A stretch of DNA of 64,000 bases from an uncultured Candidatus Rokubacteria bacterium (GCA_963754315.1 CAVWFS010000018.1:96001-160000), one strand, 5' to 3'; counted from the first letter of the stretch, positions 50,007-59,870 are shown. Numbers and translations are program-made. The notes: generated from the letters alone by a model not told the origin.

Positions 50007-50396
50007 ATGAGAAGCGTGGGCTGGATCGGGATCGCCGTAATGACGACAGGTTTGTTTTGGGCTGCTCAGGCTGCCGCCGGGCCAATGAGATACGCGGGAA
50101 CCGTTCGGACGGTTGACCTCACGACGGGGTCGCTGGTTGTGGAGGACGTGGGGCCGGCGACGCGCGAAACCGACACTCCGGTCACGCCGCGAACGATTGC
50201 CCTGGGGCCCTCGACTGAATACTTCGTGGCTGAGCGTGCCGACAAGGGCGACAGCGGATACCGCAACGATTGGGCAACGGTCAGGGCGAGCCGTTCGGAG
50301 ATCAAGGTCGGGGAGTTCGTCGCGGTGGAGTGTCAGCAGGAGGGTGATCGCTGCACGGCTTCGAAGCTGGTCGTCGTTCGACCCAGCGCGCCCTGA
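50007..50396 (+). CDS. Secreted small OB-fold-like hypothetical protein
   Basis: SD GGAGG, signal peptide, GTVRTVD...IKVGEFVAVE. Confidence 0.7.
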   Translation: MRSVGWIGIAVMTTGLFWAAQAAAGPMRYAGTVRTVDLTTGSLVVEDVGPATRETDTPVTPRTIALGPSTEYFVAERADKGDSGYRNDWATVRASRSEIKVGEFVAVECQQEGDRCTASKLVVVRPSAP

Positions 50397-50460
50397 AGAT
50401 CGCGACTCTGTGTCGTCCTCCAGTCACAGCGGCACGCTTGCCGGCGTTGCCTGTGGAGGT

Positions 50461-51018
50461 GTGCAATTGAAAAAGCGCGTACCGACGTCGAAGACTCGCA
50501 CAACCCGTGCGAAGTCACGGGCAGCAAAGGCGAAGCGCCGGCCCGCCACGACCAAGGCCCGCAGCGAACCGCCGAAGCGTCGGACGACGTCGGGCACGGC
50601 GAAGCCGAGGAAGAGTCGCCCAGAGCGGAGCCCCGGCTCGGCGGCTCGGGTCAGACTGTCCCAGCATGCTGTCCGGCGTCCCCGGCTGGCGCCTCCCCTT
50701 CAGGGCCCCGAGGATGCTGGCCGTATCACGCGATTGCATGAAGAGAGACTGCTCCATCATGAGGTCAGCCCTACCCTCAGCGGGGGAGATATCGATGCGG
50801 ATTGGGTGGACGCCGAGGGCTCCGGCGAGGAGTCCGTAGGCGGCAGCGTGGCCACGCCCGATCAGGATGTGGTCGACGAGATCGGCCGTGCCCTCGGGGT
50901 CGAGCAGGCGCCGACTCAGCCCGTGACCAGCTCGGAAGAGATTCTTCGTGAGCGCGCGGCGCACCGCTGGGAACTCGAGCGTGAGGCCAGCGCCGAGGAC
51001 GACCGCCGGGAGCGATAG
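50461..51018 (+). CDS. DUF6335-like protein with a basic low-complexity N-terminus
   Basis: SD GGAGGT with GTG start; K/R-rich tail; PTLSGGDIDADW...GEESVGG...PDQDVVDEIGRALG. Confidence 0.75.
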   Translation: MQLKKRVPTSKTRTTRAKSRAAKAKRRPATTKARSEPPKRRTTSGTAKPRKSRPERSPGSAARVRLSQHAVRRPRLAPPLQGPEDAGRITRLHEERLLHHEVSPTLSGGDIDADWVDAEGSGEESVGGSVATPDQDVVDEIGRALGVEQAPTQPVTSSEEILRERAAHRWELEREASAEDDRRER

Positions 51019-51026
51019 GGATGTAA

Positions 51027-51512
51027 TCAAGGCACCTCGTTCATGAACACCGTGTAGTCGAGGTCACCCGGGGAGTGGCCGAGGCGCTCGAGCAGCAGCC
51101 CCGTCTCGGCACGATGGGCCGTCCCGTGGTTGGCCAGGTGCAGGATGAGCTCGTCGAGCGGTTGCGCCCGGGGCACACCGCTGCGCGGGGTGTATTTCAC
51201 GATGCGCGTGAGGTCGACGCCGCTCAGGCTCCCGAGGTACTCGCGCAAGGCCTCATGCGACGCAGCGTAGGCCGCGCGCCAGGACGGGATCGGCGGACGG
51301 TCCACCGGCGGGAGCGGGTCGCCTTTCCACCTAGCCAGCCAGAGGCGCTGCACGATGAGCATGTGCCACAGATTGTTGGCCACGCTTCCGAAATATGCCT
51401 CGCGCGGTCGTTCCAGCTCTTCCACGCTCAGGCGCTCAGCAGCGGCCACCAGTTTCTCGTCCGCCCACTGATTGTACGCAATCGTCCGACGCAGTTGCGC
51501 CAGGTCCACCAT
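51027..51512 (-). CDS. DinB family protein
   Basis: YNQWAD, FGSVANNLWHM, HLANHGTAHRAE. Confidence 0.88.
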   Translation of the reverse strand: MVDLAQLRRTIAYNQWADEKLVAAAERLSVEELERPREAYFGSVANNLWHMLIVQRLWLARWKGDPLPPVDRPPIPSWRAAYAASHEALREYLGSLSGVDLTRIVKYTPRSGVPRAQPLDELILHLANHGTAHRAETGLLLERLGHSPGDLDYTVFMNEVP

Positions 51513-51584
51513 TCCAGGCTCCTCGAGCGGCCGGCTGCTTGACGGGTAACGGCCGCCAGAGGAGTATAGCGGCGGAGGGCGTCC

Positions 51585-53114
51585 TTGAAGAAAGACATCG
51601 GGAGCCTGCGCTCGACCCTGGAGTATCTGGAAGCCATCGGTGAGGTCGTGACCACCGACGTGGAGGTCGATCCCCATCTCGAGGTCGCGGCCATCCAGAA
51701 GCACTTCGACGGCGGGGCGGCTCTCCTCTTCAACAAGGTCAAGGGGTACCCGAACGCGCGGATCTGCAACAATGTCTTCGCGAGCGCCGAGCGGCTGGCC
51801 AAGCTTCTCGACGTGGAGGATCCCCGACGGATCAAGCACCGGGCGGTGGAAGCGCTCCGCAATCCGATCCCGCCGGTCGAGGTCAGGGACGGGCCCTGCC
51901 AGGAAGTCGTGCTGACCAACAATTTCGACGTGTGGGATATCGTGCCCATGATCTCCCACGCCGACAGCGATCCCGGGCGCACGCTTGGCGCCGGCACCAC
52001 CGTGGTTCGCGGCAAGTACTTCTGGGGTGGCTCCCACATCGGCTACAACCGGATGAACTTCCGGGGACCAGACTTCTCGAGTTTCCAGATCTCCCCCGGT
52101 TCCCACATGGACCAGGTGGCCACCCATTGGTTCCGGCAGGGCCCCATCCCGATGACCATCAACATCGGAATACCTCCGACATGCACGATGATGGCGGGGG
52201 CCGGCTTCACGTACGTGATCTTGCCGCGCGGCTGCGACGAGCTCGGTGTGGCCGGCGCGCTGCAAGGCTACCCGGTGGAGCTGGTGAAGGCGCGCACGCA
52301 GGATGCCTGGGCAATCGCCAACGCCGAGTACGTCATCGAGGGTTACCTCGACACGAGCCAGAAAGTGTGGGAGAGCCCGCTGGCCGAGAAGGACGACGCC
52401 CAGGGAGTCCATCCCTTCCATCCGGAATGGTCGGGCTATATGGGTAAAGCGTACCGGACGTACAAGTTTCAGGCGACGGCGGTCACCCATCGCGCCGACC
52501 GGCCCCTCTACTACGGCCTTATCGTCCACGGAATGGACGAGCACTTCATCGACGGCCACATGCGCGAGGCGTGCTTTCTCGAGCTCGCCGAGCGAATCGT
52601 GCCTGGGCTCTGTGTCGACACGCACATCCCCATGGGCATGACCGACTGGGGCGGGGTCATCTTCCAGGTTCGTAAGCGACGAGCGCGCGACGAGGGACTC
52701 CAGCGCAACATCCTGAGCGCGGCCCTGTCGATCTCGTTGGGGGCCCGTCTCGGCATCGTGGTCGATGAGGACGTCGACATCTACAACATCGAAGACATCT
52801 TGTGGGCGCTCACCACGCGGGTGAACCCGAAGGAGGACATCCTGACCGTCTGCGAAGGTGGCTTCGGCCAGACGTTCCAACCGGCCGAGCGCAGCTCGGC
52901 CGGTGACCGCCAGTGGACGCAGGCCAACATCCGATTCTCAGGAGCGATGGGGATCGACGCCACCCGACCGTTCATCTACAAGGATGCCTTCGAGCGCGCC
53001 CGCTACAACATCGAGGTCGTGGACCTCGCCAAGTTCTACTCGCCGGAGCAGATCCGGCAGGCCCGGGCCGGGCAGCGCGACTACGCGAAGTTCCTGGCCG
53101 ACCGCGGGATTTGA
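51585..53114 (+). CDS. UbiD-family prFMN decarboxylase, phthaloyl-CoA decarboxylase-like clade
   Basis: GGSHIGYNRMNFR, FQISPGSHM, ILPRGCDE, FHPEWSGYMGKAY, MTDWGG, VDEDVDI, GIDAT. Confidence 0.88.
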   Translation: MKKDIGSLRSTLEYLEAIGEVVTTDVEVDPHLEVAAIQKHFDGGAALLFNKVKGYPNARICNNVFASAERLAKLLDVEDPRRIKHRAVEALRNPIPPVEVRDGPCQEVVLTNNFDVWDIVPMISHADSDPGRTLGAGTTVVRGKYFWGGSHIGYNRMNFRGPDFSSFQISPGSHMDQVATHWFRQGPIPMTINIGIPPTCTMMAGAGFTYVILPRGCDELGVAGALQGYPVELVKARTQDAWAIANAEYVIEGYLDTSQKVWESPLAEKDDAQGVHPFHPEWSGYMGKAYRTYKFQATAVTHRADRPLYYGLIVHGMDEHFIDGHMREACFLELAERIVPGLCVDTHIPMGMTDWGGVIFQVRKRRARDEGLQRNILSAALSISLGARLGIVVDEDVDIYNIEDILWALTTRVNPKEDILTVCEGGFGQTFQPAERSSAGDRQWTQANIRFSGAMGIDATRPFIYKDAFERARYNIEVVDLAKFYSPEQIRQARAGQRDYAKFLADRGI

Positions 53115-53227
53115 TGAGCATCGGGGGGAGCGAGATTTGATTGAAATCGGGGGGAGCGGCGGCTCGCTCCCCCCGATGCCCCCCACCGGTTCGAACCGGA
53201 GGATTGCGCGGGCAAGCCCGCGCTCGA
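53108..53227. repeat. Intergenic multi-hairpin REP-like element with a duplicated 5' arm
   Basis: ATCGGGGGGAGCG occurs twice and its complement once; also hairpins CCGGTTCGAACCGG and GCGCGGGC-AA-GCCCGCGC. Confidence 0.75.
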
Positions 53228-53271
53228 AAGCGCACCCACGACACGTGCGCTCTGTTGAATTGGCTTGAGCG

Positions 53272-54819
53272 ATGACCGACTCTGGTCCCGGCGCCTACAC
53301 TGATTTCAACACCCTTCTCGAGGAGCATGCGCGCCGGCAGCCGGACAAGATCTTCATCGAGAGTCCGGATCAAAGATCGTCCATCAGCTTCGGGGAGTTC
53401 GAGGCGCTGACGCGTCGGCTGGCCAACCTCCTGGCCGCCGAGGGCCTCCATCCCGGTGACCGCGTCTCTATCCTCTCGGGGAACGGGATCGAGGCGCTGG
53501 CGATCTTCTGGGGGGCTCTTCGCAGCGGCGTGATTGTCAACCCCATCAACGTGGAAATTCGCCAGACCCACGTCCAGCACATTCTCCAGGAGGTGGCCCC
53601 GCGGCTCATCTTGTGGAGCCGTGAGCTCGGAGAAGAGGTGCGGGCGCTTGGCCAGGATGTGGCGGCGACGATCGCGTTCGGGTCCTGGAACGCCGCCGAC
53701 CCGGCCGCCGACGACCTCTTCGCCCGCGTGGGCGAGGCGTCGGACGCTTCGGTGGCCGCCCGCCCCGAGCGGGGCGACTGGTCGCTGATCGACTACACCT
53801 CGGGTACCACCGACAGGCCCAAGGGCGCCATCTGGACTCAGGAGGCGTACTACGCGATGTGCGAGTCGACCGTCGACCGCCTGGGGATCACGGGGACCGA
53901 CACGATCCTCGACTACCGACACTTCAGCTGGTCGTCCCCCCAGATTCTGTCCATCGGCCCCAGCATGCTGACCGGCGGCACGTTGGTCCTGGCGCAAAAA
54001 TTTTCCCAGACGCAGTTCTTCGGGTGGGTCCAGAACCACGGCGTCACCGTCGCCGTCGGCATTCCCGCCGTCATCAACATGCTCTTGGCCCGCCCGGTGG
54101 CGATCACCAAAGCCGAGCTGCCGACACTTCGCTTCATGACCTCGAGCACAGCCCCCCTCTCCCTCGACAAGCATCTCGAGTTCGAAGCGACGTACGGGAT
54201 TCCCATCGTCCAGCTCGCCGGCGGCACCGAGACCGGCTTCATGTGCGGCAACCATCCGGATCTGCGCAAGCACGGCTCGATCGGCCGGCCCACCCGCAAC
54301 ATGCGGGTACGCATCCTCGACGATTCGGGCGCGGAGCAGCCGCCGGGCGAAGAGGGCGAGATGGTGGTCAGCGGCCGGCAGATGGCATCGGCCTACTGGC
54401 AGGGTCCAGACCGGCTCGTCACCATCCCGCAGGACGGCTTCCGGACGGGCGACCTCGCTCGGCGTGATGCGGACGGGTACGTCTACATCACCGGACGGAA
54501 GAAGGACATCATCATCAAGGGCGGCGTCAACATCGCGTCGCTGGAGATCGCAAACTGCCTGCTGGAGCACCCGGACGTGGCCGAGGCCGGCGCCCTCGGC
54601 GTCACGGACGACATCTACGGTGAGGTGCCGGTCGGGGTCGTGAGCCTTCGCCCGGAACGGAGCGCGCCGGAGGCGGCATTGCTGGCGCACTGCCGGACGA
54701 AGCTGGTGGCCTTCAAAGTGCCCGCCGCTGTCCTCGTCGTGGCCGCGATCCCCAAGAACGCCAACGGTAAGATCGACCGCCAGGCCCTGACCACTCTCTG
54801 GGAGGCGCGGAGGCCCTGA
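53272..54819 (+). CDS. AMP-binding acyl/aryl-CoA ligase
   Basis: YTSGTTDRPKG, GGTE, FRTGD, GRKKDIIIKGGVNI, PKNANGKI. Confidence 0.92.
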   Translation: MTDSGPGAYTDFNTLLEEHARRQPDKIFIESPDQRSSISFGEFEALTRRLANLLAAEGLHPGDRVSILSGNGIEALAIFWGALRSGVIVNPINVEIRQTHVQHILQEVAPRLILWSRELGEEVRALGQDVAATIAFGSWNAADPAADDLFARVGEASDASVAARPERGDWSLIDYTSGTTDRPKGAIWTQEAYYAMCESTVDRLGITGTDTILDYRHFSWSSPQILSIGPSMLTGGTLVLAQKFSQTQFFGWVQNHGVTVAVGIPAVINMLLARPVAITKAELPTLRFMTSSTAPLSLDKHLEFEATYGIPIVQLAGGTETGFMCGNHPDLRKHGSIGRPTRNMRVRILDDSGAEQPPGEEGEMVVSGRQMASAYWQGPDRLVTIPQDGFRTGDLARRDADGYVYITGRKKDIIIKGGVNIASLEIANCLLEHPDVAEAGALGVTDDIYGEVPVGVVSLRPERSAPEAALLAHCRTKLVAFKVPAAVLVVAAIPKNANGKIDRQALTTLWEARRP

Positions 54820-54931
54820 GCCAGGCCCTGAGCTATTGGTGCGACTACGTGTGTCGTGCTCGCTTCTGTTACCGGCCCCTTCTCCTCGAGAAAGGCTTCG
54901 CATATACTCGGGCAACTCAACCCCGCGTCGA

Positions 54932-55690
54932 ATGCCAATCCTGAGTGTTCGGAACATCACCGTTCGCTTCGGCGGGATCGTCGCACTCGACGATGTCTCG
55001 TTCGATGTCGAGCCTCGTCAGATCGTCGGCTTGATCGGGCCCAACGGAGCTGGCAAGACGACCTTATTCAATTGCCTCTCGCGCCTCTACCGTCCGTCGG
55101 CCGGGAGCATTCTCTTCGAAGGTCATGACCTGCTCCAGGCTCCGTCGCACCGGATCGCTCGGCTCGGAATCGGGCGGACGTTCCAGAACCTCGCGCTGTT
55201 CGGGAGCATGACGGTCCTCGACAACGTCAAGGTTGGGGCACACTGCCGGACACGAAGCGGGTTTCTCGCCAACGCCTTGCGGCTGCCGGGGGTTCGCCGG
55301 GAGGAGCAGGCGCAGGAGAGCGCCGTGGCCGACGTGATCCGGTTCGTGGGCCTCGAGGACATTGCGGGGGTGCCAGCGGCAGGCCTGCCCTTCGCCACTC
55401 TCAAACGGGTCGAAGCGGCGCGGGCCATGGCCGCGCAACCCAAGCTTCTCCTGCTCGATGAGCCGGCCGGCGGTCTCAACCACGAGGAAGTCGAGACCTT
55501 GGGCCGCCTCATCCAGCAGATCCGGGACCGGCTCGGTGTGACCATCCTCCTCGTGGAACACCACATGAACCTGGTCATGCAGGTGTCCGACCGGGTCGTG
55601 GTCCTGGACTTCGGCAGACGCATCGCCGAGGGGACGCCGGCCCAGGTGCAGCGCGATCCCGAGGTCATCAAGGCCTACCTGGGCGAATAG
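54932..55690 (+). CDS. livG: Liv-type ABC ATPase
   Basis: GPNGAGKTT, RTFQN, LLLDEPAGG, VEHHM. Confidence 0.92.
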   Translation: MPILSVRNITVRFGGIVALDDVSFDVEPRQIVGLIGPNGAGKTTLFNCLSRLYRPSAGSILFEGHDLLQAPSHRIARLGIGRTFQNLALFGSMTVLDNVKVGAHCRTRSGFLANALRLPGVRREEQAQESAVADVIRFVGLEDIAGVPAAGLPFATLKRVEAARAMAAQPKLLLLDEPAGGLNHEEVETLGRLIQQIRDRLGVTILLVEHHMNLVMQVSDRVVVLDFGRRIAEGTPAQVQRDPEVIKAYLGE

Positions 55691-56404
55691 ATGGGAGTCA
55701 TCCTCGAGGTCGAGAACCTGGAAGCCTTCTACGGGCGCACCAAGGCCTTGCATGGGGTCAGCTTCTCCATGGAGGAAGGCGGGATCACGACCGTATTGGG
55801 CGCCAACGGGGCCGGCAAGACCACCACCCTGCGGGCCATCTCGGCGATGGTACGGACCGCCGGGTCCATTCGCTTTGCCGGCAACCGGATCGACGGCCGA
55901 ACCACCGAGACCATCGTCGCGCTCGGCATCGCCCAGGTTCCGGAGGGCCGTGGGACCTTCGTCGACCTCACCGTGGAGGAAAATCTCCGGCTGGGCGCCT
56001 ACGCGCGACGCGACAAGCGGGGCTTCGGCGCAGATCTGGAGCGCGTATTCGGCTACTTTCCCATCTTGCGGGAGCGGCGACGGCAGGTCGCGGGCACGCT
56101 GTCCGGAGGCGAGCAGCAGATGCTGGCGGTGGCCAGGGCCCTCATGCTTCGACCGCGGCTCCTGCTGCTGGACGAGCCGTCGCTAGGACTGGCGCCCCTC
56201 ATCGTCCGGGGGATCTTTCGAATTTTACAAGCCATCAACCGTGAAGCCGGTGTGAGCGTGCTGCTCGTCGAGCAGAACGCGTCGCTCGCGCTCGACCTCG
56301 CCGACCACGTGTTCCTGCTGGAGACCGGCCGCATGGTGCTGTCCGGGACGTCCGACGTCCTCAAGCAAAACGACGCCATTCGGCGCTCGTACCTCGGGTA
56401 CTGA
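55691..56404 (+). CDS. livF: Liv-type ABC ATPase
   Basis: GANGAGKTT, LSGGEQQM, DEPSLGLAP, VEQNA. Confidence 0.93.
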   Translation: MGVILEVENLEAFYGRTKALHGVSFSMEEGGITTVLGANGAGKTTTLRAISAMVRTAGSIRFAGNRIDGRTTETIVALGIAQVPEGRGTFVDLTVEENLRLGAYARRDKRGFGADLERVFGYFPILRERRRQVAGTLSGGEQQMLAVARALMLRPRLLLLDEPSLGLAPLIVRGIFRILQAINREAGVSVLLVEQNASLALDLADHVFLLETGRMVLSGTSDVLKQNDAIRRSYLGY

Positions 56405-56406
56405 CA

Positions 56407-57288
56407 ATGGAGGTCTTCATCCAGCAAGTGGCGTCGGGGCTCGCCACCGGGGGTATCTACGCGAGCCTCGCGCTCGCCCTCGTCATGATTTACCAGGCCA
56501 CCGACGTCGTGAACTTTGCTCAGGGCGAGATGGCGATGTTCTCCACCTACCTGGCCTGGTCCATGCTTCAGGCCGGAGTGCCGTACTGGGTGGCTTTTCT
56601 CCTGACCGTGATCTTCGCGTTCACGGGCGGGATCGCCATCCAGCGGGTGATTATCCGGCCGGTCGAGAACAAGCCGATCCTCACCATCGTGATCGTGACC
56701 CTCGGCCTTCTCGTGATCTGCAACAGTGTCGCGGGCTGGATCTGGACGTACGTGCAGAAGCCGTTTCCGAGCCCGTTTCCGGCCAAGCCCTTGCGAGTAG
56801 GCACCATCGTCTTCGGCGCCCACGACCTCGGCGAGATTGCGGTGACCCTGGTCGTCCTTCTGCTGCTCTACGGCTTCTTCCGCTACACTCCCCTCGGTCT
56901 GGCCATGCGAGCGGCAGCGCAGAATCCCGTGTCGAGCCGGCTCGTCGGCATCCGGGTGAGCTGGATGCTTGCCCTCGGCTGGGGCTTAGCGGCGGCCTTC
57001 GGTGCGGTGGCCGGTCTGATGGTGGCTCCCATCCTGACGCTCGAGCCCAATATGATGGGCGGGATCCAGATCTACGCCTTCGCGGCCGCGACCCTCGGCG
57101 GGTTCACGAGCCCGGTGGGGGCGGTGGTGGGTGGCTTCATCGTGGGCGTCGTCGAGAACCTGGTGGGGACCTACGTGAAGTTCATCGGCACCGAGCTCAA
57201 GCTCACCGTGGCCCTGGCCATGATTATCGTGGTGCTCCTCGTCAAGCCGAGCGGACTCTTTGGCCGCTCCCAGGTGAGGCGCGTGTGA
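56407..57288 (+). CDS. livH: Liv-type ABC permease
   Basis: VNFAQGE, GLAMRAAAQN, LLVKPSGLFG. Confidence 0.92.
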   Translation: MEVFIQQVASGLATGGIYASLALALVMIYQATDVVNFAQGEMAMFSTYLAWSMLQAGVPYWVAFLLTVIFAFTGGIAIQRVIIRPVENKPILTIVIVTLGLLVICNSVAGWIWTYVQKPFPSPFPAKPLRVGTIVFGAHDLGEIAVTLVVLLLLYGFFRYTPLGLAMRAAAQNPVSSRLVGIRVSWMLALGWGLAAAFGAVAGLMVAPILTLEPNMMGGIQIYAFAAATLGGFTSPVGAVVGGFIVGVVENLVGTYVKFIGTELKLTVALAMIIVVLLVKPSGLFGRSQVRRV

Positions 57289-58289
57289 GCCGGGGTCTGC
57301 GGGTCGGACTGGCGGTGGTGGTCGTGGCCGTCGCAGCCATCCTGCCCTTGTTCCTGAGCGGGTTCCGCCTCTTTCAGTTCACGCAGGTCTTCATCTATGC
57401 CATCTCGCTGATGGGCCTGAACCTCCTGACCGGCTACAACGGCCAGATCTCTCTCGGCCACGGCGCCTTCTATGCCCTCGGTGCGTACACCACGGCGATC
57501 CTGATCGAGCACTTCGGCGTCGGCTACGGCTGGACCATCCCGCTGGCGGGGCTTCTCTGCTTGATCGTCGGCTTCCTCTTCGGCCTTCCCGCTCTCCGCC
57601 TCGAGGGACTTTACCTCGCGCTGGCAACCTTCTCCCTCGCCCTGGCCGTGCCCCAGATTCTCAAGTATTTCGAGGAGTGGACGGGGGGATCGCAGGGCAT
57701 CGTGCTCACCAAGCCCAAGGCGCCCTGGGGGCTCAAGCTGACGGAGGATCAGTGGCTCTACTACCTCACCCTGACGGTCACGGTGGTCATGTTCGTCCTC
57801 GCCGCCAACCTGATCCGGGGGCGCATCGGGAGGGCGATGATCGCGATCCGCGATAACCACATTGCCGCCGAGGTCATGGGCGTCAATAGCGCACTGGTCA
57901 AATCCGGTACGTTCGGGGTCAGCGCGGCGTATACGGGGGTGGCCGGGGCCCTCTCGGCGGTGGCCATCGCCTTCGTGGCCCCCGATTCATTCAACGTCTT
58001 TCTCAGCATCACCTTCCTCATCGGCATCGTCATTGGCGGACTGGCCTCCGTGTGGGGAAACGTGTTCGGCGCCCTCTTCGTCCAGTTCGTGCCGAACTGG
58101 GCGCAAGACATTTCCAAGGCCGCGCCGTGGGCCATCTTTGGCATTTTTCTGATCGGGTTCATGTACACCATGCCCTACGGTATCGCCGGGGCCATCCGGC
58201 GGCTCTGGATCCGCTGGAGCGTTTCGCCAGTTTCCAGGAGAAGGGGAGGTGACGCGGTCGCCTCGCAGGCGAAGTTCCCCACGAGCTGA
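57285..58289 (+). CDS. livM: Liv-type ABC permease
   Basis: GYNGQISLGHGAF, LYLALAT, GRAMIAIRDN. Confidence 0.92.
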   Translation: MSRGLRVGLAVVVVAVAAILPLFLSGFRLFQFTQVFIYAISLMGLNLLTGYNGQISLGHGAFYALGAYTTAILIEHFGVGYGWTIPLAGLLCLIVGFLFGLPALRLEGLYLALATFSLALAVPQILKYFEEWTGGSQGIVLTKPKAPWGLKLTEDQWLYYLTLTVTVVMFVLAANLIRGRIGRAMIAIRDNHIAAEVMGVNSALVKSGTFGVSAAYTGVAGALSAVAIAFVAPDSFNVFLSITFLIGIVIGGLASVWGNVFGALFVQFVPNWAQDISKAAPWAIFGIFLIGFMYTMPYGIAGAIRRLWIRWSVSPVSRRRGGDAVASQAKFPTS

Positions 58290-58316
58290 CATCATCTACT
58301 TTCAGGGAGGACAAAC

Positions 58317-59534
58317 ATGATTGGACGCAAGCTTGCTGCCCTGGCCTTGGCCTCGGCTCTGGCTGGGATCGGTGGCGCTGCGGTCGGCGACGCCCAAACG
58401 GTGGTCGGTGTCACGGCCACCGAGATCAAGGTCGGCAATACCAACCCCTACAGCGGCCCCGCTTCGGCGTACGGCACCATCGGGAAGGTCATCGGGGCCT
58501 ATTTCAAGAAGGTGAACGATGAGGGCGGTATCAACGGGCGCAAGGTGAACTACATCACCTTGGACGACGGCTATAGCCCGCCCAAGACGGTGGAGATGGT
58601 CCGGCGACTCGTCGAGCAGGATCAGGTGGCGCTCGTGTTCCAGACCCTGGGGACCCCCACCAATACCGCCATCCACAAGTACGTCAACCAGCAGAAGGTG
58701 CCCCACCTCTTCGTGGCCACCGGCGCCACCAAGTGGAACGATCCGAAGAACTTCCCGTGGACGATGGGCTTCCAGCCCAACTACCAGACCGAGGGACGGG
58801 TCTACGCCGCCTACATCCTCAAGAACATCCCCGACGCGAAGATCGGCATCCTCTTCCAGAACGACGACTACGGCAAGGACTACGTCAAGGGCTTCGAGGA
58901 CGGCCTCGGGGAGGCGGCCAAGAAGCTCATCGTGTCCAAGCAGAGCCACGAGGTCACCGACCCGACCATCGATTCTCAGGTCATCAATCTGAAAAGTTCG
59001 GGGGCCAATGTCTTCTTCAACGTGACCATCCCCAAGTTCGCCGTGCAGGCAATCAAGAAGGCGCACGACATCGGCTGGAAGCCGACGCACTTTCTGAACA
59101 ACGTGTCGAGCTCGCTCAGCACCGTGCTCAAGCCGGCCGGGCTGGAGGCCTCCAAGGGCCTCATCACGGCGCTGTACATGAAGGAAGTCACCGATCCTCA
59201 GTGGCGCAACGACAAGGCCATGCAGGAGTGGGTGGCCTTCATGAAGAAGTACTACCCGGAAGGGGCTCTTGATGACCAGTCGAACGGCTACGGTTACAAC
59301 GTGGCCATCCTGATGACGCACGTCCTCAAGCAGTGCGGCAACGACCTGTCGCGCGAGAACATCATGCGGCAGGCGGCCAACCTCAAGGACGTCGACCTAC
59401 CGCTCCTCCTGCCTGGCATCAAGGTCAACACGAGCGCGACCGACTTCGCACCCATCGAGCAGGAGCAACTGGCCCGCTTCGATGGCGAGCGCTGGGTGGC
59501 GTTCGGCGATCTGTTCGACGCGTACCGCAGGTAA
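58317..59534 (+). CDS. Liv-type ABC substrate-binding protein
   Basis: PYSGPASAYG, GGINGRK, DDGYSPPKT, NDDYGKD. Confidence 0.92.
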   Translation: MIGRKLAALALASALAGIGGAAVGDAQTVVGVTATEIKVGNTNPYSGPASAYGTIGKVIGAYFKKVNDEGGINGRKVNYITLDDGYSPPKTVEMVRRLVEQDQVALVFQTLGTPTNTAIHKYVNQQKVPHLFVATGATKWNDPKNFPWTMGFQPNYQTEGRVYAAYILKNIPDAKIGILFQNDDYGKDYVKGFEDGLGEAAKKLIVSKQSHEVTDPTIDSQVINLKSSGANVFFNVTIPKFAVQAIKKAHDIGWKPTHFLNNVSSSLSTVLKPAGLEASKGLITALYMKEVTDPQWRNDKAMQEWVAFMKKYYPEGALDDQSNGYGYNVAILMTHVLKQCGNDLSRENIMRQAANLKDVDLPLLLPGIKVNTSATDFAPIEQEQLARFDGERWVAFGDLFDAYRR

Positions 59535-59544
59535 GGATTGTGCG

Positions 59545-59587
59545 GCGGCCGGTGCCTTCGCCTCCAAGGGGGTGGGGCACCGGTCGC
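59545..59587. terminator. GC-rich hairpin between convergent genes
   Basis: GCGGCCGGTGCC...GGCACCGGTCGC. Confidence 0.6.
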
Positions 59588-59603
59588 GTCGTGGCGCCAG
59601 GGA

Positions 59604-59870
59604 TCAGCGCGACCAGATCACCCACAGCCCGATCAGGATGAAGGCGAGCCCCGCCACCATCTTCACGTGGCGGGCTGGGAGCCATGCGCCGAGCTGGCTA
59701 CCAACCAGGACCGCCAGCCCGCTGGAGATCACGAGGGCAGCCGCAGCCGCGAGGAACACCCCCGTTCGGTTGACGTCGGGGTTGGTGGCGAACATCAGAG
59801 TTGCCAGCTGCGTCTTATCACCCAATTCAGCTAAGAAGACACTGACGAACACCGCCGCATAGCTTCTCAT
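59604..59870 (-). CDS. TMEM165/GDT1 (UPF0016) single-domain protein
   Basis: FLAELGDKTQLAT motif, three TM helices. Confidence 0.9.
   Translation of the reverse strand: MRSYAAVFVSVFLAELGDKTQLATLMFATNPDVNRTGVFLAAAAALVISSGLAVLVGSQLGAWLPARHVKMVAGLAFILIGLWVIWSR

Noticed and set aside
51513..52880. 617-aa DinB fusion
   Set aside because: The upstream part is antisense to UbiD.
54811..54833. AGGCCCTGAGC tandem duplication at the ligase stop
   Set aside because: Two copies only; no element lies between them.
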